From a candidate division TM6 bacterium UASB124 (GTDB taxonomy: Bacteria > Babelota > Babeliae > Babelales > RVW-14), in contig CAMDFF010000001.1 of NCBI GenBank assembly GCA_945897315.1, positions 106,366 through 170,365 on the forward strand: a stretch of 64,000 nucleotides of DNA, in the 5' to 3' direction. Below are positions 44,118-52,111 of the stretch, one piece after another. The notes under the pieces were generated by a model. That model was not told the origin of the DNA. It searched no databases and worked only from the letters and a program-made list of their open reading frames with translations. Position numbers and translations under genes: made by a program. Each line of letters opens with the position of its first letter. Position 1 is the stretch's first letter.

Positions 44118-45668
44118 CTACATGGTCCAAACGTGGATAGTTTTAGCCCCAACTAATTCATCAAACTGGGCAATTTTTTCTTCCCACGTTTTTTTATCTG
44201 ACTGGTCAAAAATAACCAAGTGGGCTTCGGTAGCGTTCATGACGTCCATGTATTCTGCCGTCTGCACAAGACCTTCTGGAAGAGTTTTTGTCCCGCGGTG
44301 AATTTTAAGCTCAATTAAAATGCGCTTCTTGCCAAAAACAAGAGTCAGGTCAACACGGCCACGGCCAAGGGCATACTCGCGCTGCAGCGTTCCGCCGCCG
44401 TTGATAATGCGTTGCAGGTAGGCAAACATAAGCAAATGTGGTCCAGACTCTTTGTACTGGAACTGCTCTGCCCACATTCCGCTGTTTTCACGATAAAAAG
44501 TTACCCAGTCGTTCATCATTTTATTCATGTTAAACGACCCATCGGGGTGCAGATAATCTAGCGGTCGCTGCGTCATTGTTTGTTGCTTGACGTATGTTAA
44601 TGCCCGAGGGAAAACTTCTTTATAAATTGGGTTAGCAATCGCGAGATCTTTTTGCGTCACGATTCCCAGGTCGCGAGCATATTGCAAATCGTCCATCGGT
44701 AGGTTGTCAGGCGGGGTGCTTCCTGCAATAAGAGCATCCACAATAGCTCGCACACGAGGTTCTTGCAGTTTATGCACCAGTTGGTCGATATGCGTATCGC
44801 GTCGCAGAATAAGCGCTTCTCGCGCTGCCTCCATCGCTTCAAGCGTGATGGGCTGGGAGCGGTCTTGCACTGCACGAAAACAGGCTTGATAGGCGAGTGC
44901 GTTCACCAGCCAGGGCTGGCCCTGCGTCTGGTCGAAGGCGTAATCGATGGCTTCGTCAGTAAAAAGTTGCCCCGTCGCAGCCGTGTGCTGGAGGTACAGT
45001 GCTTTAACTTCTGCGAGAGTAAAAGATTCTATGGTCAGGCTTTCAGCTTTAATATTAAAAGCGCTTCCACCCAAGATCATGTTATTTTCTTGCTTTGAAT
45101 AAATCATGTAATCACGCACATCCCGTACGCCGATGAGGCATAAAGATTGGGGGAAATGCTTGGGGCGGTTGGTGTAGCCTGTGCGAAGCTGGCGAAGGAC
45201 TGAGATGAGTGTGTCGCCAATTAAAGCGTCAATTTCGTCAATAAAAAGAACAATTGGCTTTGTGCTATTTTTTGACCAATTATTTAAAAATGAGACAAGA
45301 GTTGTGGCGGGACTGAGTCGCCAATTGTCATCGCTAAAAAAGCTCAGAGAGCAGTGATCAGCTCCCCAAGCATTACTAATTTCTTCTTTAAGCCGCATGA
45401 GTACCGTAGTAATGCCACGAACATAGTTTTGACGATCTGCCTGAGCTGCTTCAACATTCACATACAGGGCTTCATATTTGCCAGTCGCATTAAGCTTATT
45501 GACCAGCTCTAGCATCGCCGTTGTTTTGCCACTTGGTCGGGGGGCGTGCACAATAAAATATTTTTGCTGATCAATCAGCTGCATGAGCAATGTTTCGTTC
45601 ATGCGAAATGGTACAGAGTAATGATTTTCAGGCTGAATTGGCCCAGCGATACAAAACGTTTTTTCCAT
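44118..45668 (-). CDS. P-loop ATPase (AAA-like) with PD-(D/E)XK-like C-terminus
   Basis: Walker A APRPSGKTT, Walker B LFIDEIDAL, and C-terminal GRVDLTLVFGKKRILIELKI (D...ExK). Confidence 0.65.
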   Translation of the reverse strand: MEKTFCIAGPIQPENHYSVPFRMNETLLMQLIDQQKYFIVHAPRPSGKTTAMLELVNKLNATGKYEALYVNVEAAQADRQNYVRGITTVLMRLKEEISNAWGADHCSLSFFSDDNWRLSPATTLVSFLNNWSKNSTKPIVLFIDEIDALIGDTLISVLRQLRTGYTNRPKHFPQSLCLIGVRDVRDYMIYSKQENNMILGGSAFNIKAESLTIESFTLAEVKALYLQHTAATGQLFTDEAIDYAFDQTQGQPWLVNALAYQACFRAVQDRSQPITLEAMEAAREALILRRDTHIDQLVHKLQEPRVRAIVDALIAGSTPPDNLPMDDLQYARDLGIVTQKDLAIANPIYKEVFPRALTYVKQQTMTQRPLDYLHPDGSFNMNKMMNDWVTFYRENSGMWAEQFQYKESGPHLLMFAYLQRIINGGGTLQREYALGRGRVDLTLVFGKKRILIELKIHRGTKTLPEGLVQTAEYMDVMNATEAHLVIFDQSDKKTWEEKIAQFDELVGAKTIHVWTM

Positions 45669-45764
45669 CTGTTGAGACCTTTGCTTTGTGATCTTTATGC
45701 TATTTTTGAAGCTAGCAAGCTTTGCTTAGCATAGCAGATAAGGTGTATCTTCCCAAACTGATGG

Positions 45765-45830
45765 AAAACAACCCACTGCCTGGCAAGCAATGAGGCCGCC
45801 AAGACAGTGGGTTTTAGGTGATGCAAGGGG
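45765..45830. repeat. Hairpin repeat element, copy D
   Basis: AAAACAACCCACTGCCTGGCAAGCAATGAGGCCGCCAAGACAGTGGGTTTTAGGTGATGCAAGGGG. Nearly identical to copy B, including the 3' extension. Confidence 0.85.
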
Positions 45831-45845
45831 AGAGTGGGGCGTTGA

Positions 45846-46937
45846 TTAGACAAAAATATCGATATTTTGGGTTCTACGTTTTGCTTCTAACATGGCGTTT
45901 TTCTCCGCTTGGAGTAATATTTTTTGTGTTTGCTTGGCAAATGATGAGACGTCTTTAAGGCTATCATTTCTTGCCGTCTTTTCAGCATCGGTCATCTGAG
46001 AATCTGGTGGCGGCAGGAAAAACGTTGAAGGGGGTTTTTTGGAGCTAGTAGCATTCTTATCTGCTTCTAACTGTCTATACACCGGGCCGTCATCTTGCTT
46101 AGTGGTTGCTGGCTTATTGCTGCCATCAGGTGAACCAGTATTGTTTTTTCGAGCCCCTGTGCCGTGGTGCCCAGGCGTATAATAATTTTCAGTGGTATTC
46201 ACGATATTTTCGTCATCTATAAGTGAATCATCGTGATCTACAGGCTGGTCGCTATAGTTATTATCCCATGCATTATTATTGAAATCTGTCTGTGGTGTGG
46301 AGCTGCTTTCATGCTCTGCAGGTGAAGCAGCAAGAGGGCGCAGATTGGGAGCTTTAGAAGCAAATTTGTGCGTTGTTGCCGGGAGAGTAGGATTGATTGT
46401 TTTGAGGGCTTGAATTTTTCTAGGGGCAGCAGGTCCAAATGGCATGTGCAGGGTATTGGCGTTCACATTGTTTTGTGTTGTGGTGAAGAGGTCATACACG
46501 TCACTGCGCCATGCATTAGCAGAGGTTGCAACTTCGGCATTGTAGCTGCTGTCTGGAAGTTGGAATTCATCTGCAATAACTTCAATATTGGTAAGCACTG
46601 TGCTTATGGACTTTTGATCATATGTGCCCTGCAAAACACCTTTAACAGTGCGGACAGTTGGGTCAAATAGATCGCGTTTCCAGGAAAATTTTTTTATATC
46701 AAAGCCTGCTTTTTTAGCTGGGTCTTTGATGAGAGTGCGCTTGAGGGCGTCAAGTAGCTTAAGGGTTGCTTGCAGGTGCAGCGCCGACGGGGTGCGTTGT
46801 ATTTGTTGTACGTCATTTTGAAGGGTGAGATGAAATGATGGCGATGCGCATAGAAAGTAGAGTGCAAGGCTTATGGCAAAGATTGGAGCGAGTAGGAGCC
46901 CGAGTGCCTTCCCTGTAAATAGTTTATCTGTAACCAT
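45846..46937 (-). CDS. Hypothetical membrane-anchored protein with low-complexity C-terminal half
   Basis: N-terminal TM helix (ALGLLLAPIFAISLALYFLCA). No family motif recognised. Confidence 0.5.
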   Translation of the reverse strand: MVTDKLFTGKALGLLLAPIFAISLALYFLCASPSFHLTLQNDVQQIQRTPSALHLQATLKLLDALKRTLIKDPAKKAGFDIKKFSWKRDLFDPTVRTVKGVLQGTYDQKSISTVLTNIEVIADEFQLPDSSYNAEVATSANAWRSDVYDLFTTTQNNVNANTLHMPFGPAAPRKIQALKTINPTLPATTHKFASKAPNLRPLAASPAEHESSSTPQTDFNNNAWDNNYSDQPVDHDDSLIDDENIVNTTENYYTPGHHGTGARKNNTGSPDGSNKPATTKQDDGPVYRQLEADKNATSSKKPPSTFFLPPPDSQMTDAEKTARNDSLKDVSSFAKQTQKILLQAEKNAMLEAKRRTQNIDIFV

Positions 46938-46960
46938 CGCAACACCCCTTTCTATTGTTT

Positions 46961-46999
46961 CGGGCGAGCTGCAAATATTTGCAGCTCGCCCGTTTTTTT
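46961..46999. terminator. Perfect 32-nt palindrome plus T7
   Basis: CGGGCGAGCTGCAAATATTTGCAGCTCGCCCG followed by TTTTTTT on the plus strand. Both flanking genes are on the minus strand. Confidence 0.45.
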
Positions 47000-47017
47000 A
47001 TGCTATGCGTATGCTAA

Positions 47018-47785
47018 TTAAGCAACAACACCAGCGCCTGCTGCAATTGCTCGAACAGGTGTCTTTGATGCATCAACAGTTTGTTTGACGAGAGCAAATA
47101 GGTTGTTGATAGTATCCTTGAAACCATTCCAGGCTTGGCTAATAGCTGCTTTTACGCCGCCGCTAAAAACAGATGCGACAGAGTTTTTGATGTTGCGGAA
47201 CAGAACCCAAAAACCGACCGTTTTGTCCGCATTTTGGCCAGAGGCTGCTTGTAAACCTGTAATAACTGCTGCTTTGTCACCATCTGGTAGTGCATCAACT
47301 ACAGCAAGGAGTTTGACCTTCGTGAAGGTGGCATAGTTGTTTTCATTGGCAACCTGGATATGAATATCATCATGGCGTGCTAATCCATAAAGATTAAGGC
47401 GATCAACATTTTGGCCACGGATAGCTGCCAGGATATCCTCATTTGTGGTATCTGCCACAAGGGAGCTTACGGCCAACTGTGCTGCTTTGACAACAGCATT
47501 TAGTATGATCATGCGTGTGGTGCTTGATCCGTTGTACGGATTGACATCATTGCGCAAGCCATTCAAGTAGTTTTGTGCTTGCTCTGTGGCTAGAAACTCT
47601 ACGATATCAGTATGGTTTTTTGATACTGTAGCATCATTTCCGTCTGTGTGTGTAAACAAACATGCCATAAATGTAGTCGGGTTGTCTATTGCGTCTCCGC
47701 CTGCGCCTCTTCTTGCAGCAGCAGAAATCGCTTGCGTACTCATTAAAATGCTGACCAGTAACATAAGTTTTTTGAAATTATTCAT
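47018..47785 (-). CDS. Hypothetical exported protein (array member 2)
   Basis: The ATG at 47785 lies downstream of GGAGG. Signal peptide MNNFKKLMLLVSILMSTQAISAAA, followed by RRGAGGDAI. Confidence 0.55.
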   Translation of the reverse strand: MNNFKKLMLLVSILMSTQAISAAARRGAGGDAIDNPTTFMACLFTHTDGNDATVSKNHTDIVEFLATEQAQNYLNGLRNDVNPYNGSSTTRMIILNAVVKAAQLAVSSLVADTTNEDILAAIRGQNVDRLNLYGLARHDDIHIQVANENNYATFTKVKLLAVVDALPDGDKAAVITGLQAASGQNADKTVGFWVLFRNIKNSVASVFSGGVKAAISQAWNGFKDTINNLFALVKQTVDASKTPVRAIAAGAGVVA

Positions 47786-47861
47786 GAGAACCTCCATTGA
47801 AATAGTAAAAAAACGAACAACTAACTAATAAACAACAATTTTAAAAATTCACATTAAATAT

Positions 47862-48725
47862 CTAGGCCAAGTATGGTTCGAGTTTGAGCGGTGCTTGATA
47901 ACTCATCCAAGCAAGGCCAGCAAGCATTGCTGCGCAGGTTGGAACCACAGCAAGTGTGGTTAAAGGCGTTGTTCCTCCGTCCATGCGTATTGCATCAACC
48001 ATTCCACTACCAATACAGTAGGTTGTGCTTGCAGCAGCTGCATAGCCGATATACGAAAGCACTTTACGCGTTAAAGACGGTCCAGTTGCAACACGCGGTC
48101 CAGCCATAATCGTGGCTCGTAGTATTGCTACACGGGCTAGCACAAAATTTCCAAAGCTTATGTTTTCACCGGCAAGCGTGGTGAGCTGTTCTCCTCCGTG
48201 TGCCGTGATAAGTGCATTATAAAGCTGTGAGACGGGATCTGTCTGCACGAGCAGGCCACCTGTTGCTGTCGGAGTAAGCATCGTAGCGTGATCTGCAAGA
48301 TATGCTTGCCGTGCAGTGTGTGCTTTTTCAAAAAAAGATCTCATAAAATTATGAAGTCGTAAAAATTTCACAAGGGCAGGATCTCTCGTTTGTCCATCTC
48401 TGGCAAAATGTCCATCATTGCCGACCCACGCATTGAACGTTGGTGCTAGTTGCAGTGTTCTAATGCAAGCGGCATCAAATCCATCTTGTCGGACAGATTC
48501 TTCTAGCGTGAAGTTTGTATTGCTAAATATGCGGGCAAGGGCACCGCGTATAAGCACTTTGTTTGGCATAGCAATTTGTGTATTAAACGCATCGCCGCCT
48601 CCAACGCTGGCAACATATTCATTTGTGATAGTTTGTGCTATCGCAGCATGGTCTGCTGCGCGTAGAGTCTGTCCAATGAGAGTTGCGCTCAAGAAAGCAG
48701 CTACTGTAAATATTTTTTTAATCAT
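47862..48725 (-). CDS. Hypothetical exported protein with hydrophobic C-terminus (array member 3)
   Basis: Signal peptide MIKKIFTVAAFLSATLIGQTLRA, a C-terminal hydrophobic stretch, RBS AGAGGA. Confidence 0.55.
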   Translation of the reverse strand: MIKKIFTVAAFLSATLIGQTLRAADHAAIAQTITNEYVASVGGGDAFNTQIAMPNKVLIRGALARIFSNTNFTLEESVRQDGFDAACIRTLQLAPTFNAWVGNDGHFARDGQTRDPALVKFLRLHNFMRSFFEKAHTARQAYLADHATMLTPTATGGLLVQTDPVSQLYNALITAHGGEQLTTLAGENISFGNFVLARVAILRATIMAGPRVATGPSLTRKVLSYIGYAAAASTTYCIGSGMVDAIRMDGGTTPLTTLAVVPTCAAMLAGLAWMSYQAPLKLEPYLA

Positions 48726-48752
48726 TATTGTATCCTCTTAAAAATTTTCTTA

Positions 48753-49865
48753 TTACTGTTTAATGCCTGGAACCCAGCTAAATGCCCAGTTGAGTGCTTT
48801 AGTTACATCTCGTGTAATTCCAAAACCTGTGCGGCACTTAGATTCCATTGTTTCAGCAACAACGTCAGCGCATGGCCCTGTGAAATCTTTTGCGGAGTAG
48901 AAAGCTTGTCCCACGGTGTTAACGAAAGCTTTCTTGAAGCCAGTAGGAGCTGAGCATTCACTCAAAAGCGTTCTCTTTGCGACGTCTGCACAATTTTCTA
49001 CCACTGCTTCTACCGCTGCGCTTGGCGCAATACTAGGCATAGGCATTGGACAGCTGCTCCGAGCAGCACTGGCGAATTTTGTGGTAAGTTCAGCAACGCT
49101 TGCTTCCAAACGGCTGAGTTTAGCAGGCATGGTGAGTACATCGCGTACCATCCCCGTAACTTGTCCAATAACCTGCATAATTTCACCTGAGTAAGCGTAC
49201 GTTATGTACGTTGCAGCACCGACAACAACAAGGCCAAACGTTGCCTTGAGTATGGTGGTACGACGTTGTGTTGCAGCGCGTGTCTTGAGTTCACGTATTT
49301 TCAGCCCTGCATATGCGTTATTGTAACGCATATCTTTGTCGATTTTTTCTCTGCGACCATTTCCTGATAGATAAGCAGGAATAGTTGTGCTTGTTGCAGC
49401 ACTAGTATCTGTCATAACGTGAGCAGTTGGCACAACAACCGGGCTAGTTTCAACAATTCTAACCTCTGCTTGGCCAGTGGCCAATACAAGATTAACGTGT
49501 GCTGCTACTACGGGAGCAACAGGCACAACATCAGCAGGACGAATATCGAGCTGTTCAAGTGCTTGCAGGTAGTCCCGCATAAAATTTCTGGCAGCGACAG
49601 ATGTCGTCTTATCTGTTTCAAGATCTCCACCTGCAAGCAAGCGATCAACAATAGCCATAACAGCTTTACGTGTGCTCGGATGTGTCTTGTCATTTCTTAA
49701 CTTTGTTTCTACTGCTGCACGGTCAAGTGCTCCGGCAACACGGCGAGCTGCTCGTGCATGAAGAGCATCGGCACCGGCTCGTACTGGTCCAGCTGCAGCG
49801 CTCAAGCCTACAAAAGCTTGTGAAGCAAGCAGTAGTCCTGTGAGTACTAATTGTAACGTTTTCAT
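48753..49865 (-). CDS. Hypothetical exported/TM protein (array member 4, paralogue of 50680-51594)
   Basis: Signal peptide, AAAGPVRAGADALHARAARRVAG, a Val/Pro/Ala linker, a TM helix (FGLVVVGAATYITYAY) and a Cys-containing tail ending NWAFSWVPG. Confidence 0.6.
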   Translation of the reverse strand: MKTLQLVLTGLLLASQAFVGLSAAAGPVRAGADALHARAARRVAGALDRAAVETKLRNDKTHPSTRKAVMAIVDRLLAGGDLETDKTTSVAARNFMRDYLQALEQLDIRPADVVPVAPVVAAHVNLVLATGQAEVRIVETSPVVVPTAHVMTDTSAATSTTIPAYLSGNGRREKIDKDMRYNNAYAGLKIRELKTRAATQRRTTILKATFGLVVVGAATYITYAYSGEIMQVIGQVTGMVRDVLTMPAKLSRLEASVAELTTKFASAARSSCPMPMPSIAPSAAVEAVVENCADVAKRTLLSECSAPTGFKKAFVNTVGQAFYSAKDFTGPCADVVAETMESKCRTGFGITRDVTKALNWAFSWVPGIKQ

Positions 49866-49907
49866 AATAACCTCCATTATTTATTTCTATAATTCTATTC
49901 AGTTTGT

Positions 49908-50627
49908 TTATTCATAGCCCGTGACAACAAGCGCCACTTTGGTCAGCACGCCTACTAGCGGGTAAGAAATAAGGGCTTTGATGGGTATAGCAATCAATAG
50001 TGCCGGTATTTCAGGATCTATTGTTGAACAGGCAAACGCTAATGCAATTACTGCTGGCGCTACGCGACGGAGTCTTGTTGCATCCTCAGGAACGCCGAGG
50101 TAATTTGTTGTTGCTGTACGTTTACAGCGCTCCCAGAGGCTGGTAGCCAATCTTTTACCTGTTGCACATGCTTTACTGGTTGTTTCTTTAATTTTAGCTT
50201 CAATTGCTTCATAGGGTACTTGTTTTGCTGCGCAGAAAGCGATGACGCCACTGCCTGCGCCATAGTAGGCACCAAGGGTTTCATTGGCAGCTGCAAATGC
50301 AGCTGTAGCAATTACTAGTGGTGCAATCTGGCGCGAGCGACACAGCGGTGCTGGCGCAGGTGCAGGTAGGGCAGGAGCAGGTGCTGGAACAGGTGCAGGT
50401 GCTAGTGCTGGCGCAGGTGCTGGTGCTGGCGCAGGTGCTGGTGCTGGAACAGGTGCAGGTGCTGGTGCTGGAACAGGTGCAGGTGCTCGCGCAGGTTGCG
50501 GGGCAGTCGAAGCATGAACATGTGCCAGAGTACGTCTAGCAGATCGTAGAATACCTGTAGCGGGCATGGCGCAAATGTTGCCAATAGTTACTAAACAGCT
50601 CAAGCTAATAATTAATAATTTCTTCAT
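49908..50627 (-). CDS. Hypothetical exported/TM protein with (P-A/V)n linker (array member 5)
   Basis: Signal peptide, ~60 aa of PAPAPV repeats, and several hydrophobic helices. Confidence 0.55.
   Translation of the reverse strand: MKKLLIISLSCLVTIGNICAMPATGILRSARRTLAHVHASTAPQPARAPAPVPAPAPAPVPAPAPAPAPAPAPALAPAPVPAPAPALPAPAPAPLCRSRQIAPLVIATAAFAAANETLGAYYGAGSGVIAFCAAKQVPYEAIEAKIKETTSKACATGKRLATSLWERCKRTATTNYLGVPEDATRLRRVAPAVIALAFACSTIDPEIPALLIAIPIKALISYPLVGVLTKVALVVTGYE
50347..50495. repeat. Imperfect tandem repeat built on GCAGGTGCTGGT units
   Basis: Repeated GGTGCTGGCGCAGGTGCTGGTGCTGGAACAGGTGCAGGT blocks. They encode the PA/PV linker on the minus strand. Confidence 0.85.
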
Positions 50628-50679
50628 TGTATTATCTTTCTTTAAATATTAAACAAATTTTAATCGACTATTACTTTTT

Positions 50680-51594
50680 TTAACTACGGATTACTTGGAA
50701 CAACCAAGACAAAACTCCGGGGCTTGCTTCTTCTGGTGTGCGTATCATGGTCTTTAGGGCGGCGGTAGCAGCTGCATTGTCTAGTAGAACGCTGGTCTGT
50801 TCAGCGCATAGCTTGCTGAAATTTGGTGTTGGGTCTGAGCAAAAACATTCATAACCATGTGAGCACAGTGCGTCTTGGGCAAACTTCGTCGCACGGTCTA
50901 GGTAGGGCGTGTAAAATTCAACGGCTTTGTCTACATACGGGGCACACAAAGCAGAGGCTTTTTCTAGATACGGGGTGCAAAACTCAGCTGCTTGGGCATA
51001 TCTCGGAGATGCTTTAACCATTTCCACTGCTGCTGGAATAACCTCAGGAAAGCTATAGGTGAGCACCAAGCCAATTCCCGCGATTGAGACCACAGAAATA
51101 GTGACATATTTATGGCGAGCAAAAAAGCTTCGTGGGGCTGGTTGTATAGCGATGATCTGTGCAGTCTTGAGTTGCTGTTGGAGAGAGATGATTTCGGCTT
51201 CAGCTTTCTTTAAAGCCTCAAGCATTGCCTCAGGCGTTGCATTGGTTGTCATTGTTGTTTGAATTAGCTCTAGAACTGCCCCTGTTTGTATCGCATGTTG
51301 AATAGTAGCAGTTTGTGTCGCCGTGGCTTGGATCACTGCAGGAGCTACAGTTGAAGGGGTAAGCGGTGCTGTAGGTACTGTCGCTGCAGGCATTATTGCC
51401 GTAGGCATGGTAGCTTTCGGTGATTTTGTAGATCTTCTACAGCAAAGCCCCGCGAGCCTTGCTTCTCTTTTTATATGAAGATTGGTTGCGCCGCTTCGTT
51501 CTGGCCCGGCTGAAGCATCAAGGCTAATAGCAGCCTGTGCTGCAATAAGAAGACTTATTGCTAATAATTTAAATACTGTCTGTGATGTGTTCAT
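50680..51594 (-). CDS. Hypothetical exported/TM protein (array member 6, paralogue of 48753-49865)
   Basis: Signal peptide, ASAGPERSGATNLHIKREARLAG, a Thr/Pro/Ala linker, a coiled-coil-like EAEIISLQQQLK, a TM helix (VTISVVSIAGIGLVLTY), three F.TPYL.KA-type repeats, and a Cys-rich tail ending SWLFQV. Confidence 0.6.
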   Translation of the reverse strand: MNTSQTVFKLLAISLLIAAQAAISLDASAGPERSGATNLHIKREARLAGLCCRRSTKSPKATMPTAIMPAATVPTAPLTPSTVAPAVIQATATQTATIQHAIQTGAVLELIQTTMTTNATPEAMLEALKKAEAEIISLQQQLKTAQIIAIQPAPRSFFARHKYVTISVVSIAGIGLVLTYSFPEVIPAAVEMVKASPRYAQAAEFCTPYLEKASALCAPYVDKAVEFYTPYLDRATKFAQDALCSHGYECFCSDPTPNFSKLCAEQTSVLLDNAAATAALKTMIRTPEEASPGVLSWLFQVIRS

Positions 51595-52041
51595 AATAAC
51601 CTCCATAAACTCATCGTGTTAAACTTTACATAAAACCATGTACTCACCCTACAAGACATTAAAAACAATGTCAAATGGGTAATATATACTGGATATGCGG
51701 TGCAATATTTGTTCAATAGAAATAATTAATCAAAAAAAGCTAACCAACAATAAGCCTTGAACCTGGAGTAAACCTCCAGTGACTCTCGCAGATAGCTCAG
51801 GGCAATTTCAAAGGTTGATTTAGCCTAGCGCGTTACAATCGCAATAAAAAACGCCACAAAGTGTTGTTTAATAGATAGCGAATGCGCATTAATTGGCAAA
51901 AACTATAGTTTTTTGTTTAAAAGAGCTGGTTTTTTTAAAAGCAGGGGGCTCTTGAGATTAAAAAAGGGAAATTGTGGCTGAAATGAAAGCGTGAATGACA
52001 AAGAGATTTTTTAAGATGAGGAGCTAAAAATGGCTGAACGC

Positions 52042-52081
52042 AAAAAAGGGCCTGCTACCGAATCTACGATAGAAGGCCCTT
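52042..52081 (-). terminator. Rho-independent terminator
   Basis: On the minus strand: AAGGGCCT-20 nt-AGGCCCTT followed by TTTTGCG. Lies 30 nt downstream of the stop at 52112. Confidence 0.65.
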
Positions 52082-52111
52082 CTCTGAAAAAAGTTATGAA
52101 TAGCTTTCGCG

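Noticed and set aside
39806-45830. Interpretation of the repeat-bounded genes as integron gene cassettes with attC sites.
   Set aside because: No intI-type integrase or attI is visible in the window. The elements lack the RYYYAAC / GTTRRRY core sites, and cargo orientation is mixed. In addition, the same element occurs on both sides of a cargo, which is not the integron pattern. The observation is kept as a finding, but not the integron label.
50284-50584. ORFs 50284-50517 (+), 50318-50539 (+) and 50402-50584 (-), with GAGAGA, VLEQVQ and HLHLFQ repeats.
   Set aside because: These are alternate-frame products of the Pro-Ala repeat DNA inside 49908-50627. They are not CRISPR (there are no unique spacers) and not genes.
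51781-51830. tRNA-like string GATAGCTCAG in the 500-bp spacer.
   Set aside because: No complementary D-stem closure, anticodon stem, T-arm (GTTCRANYC) or acceptor pairing could be found. It is not a tRNA.
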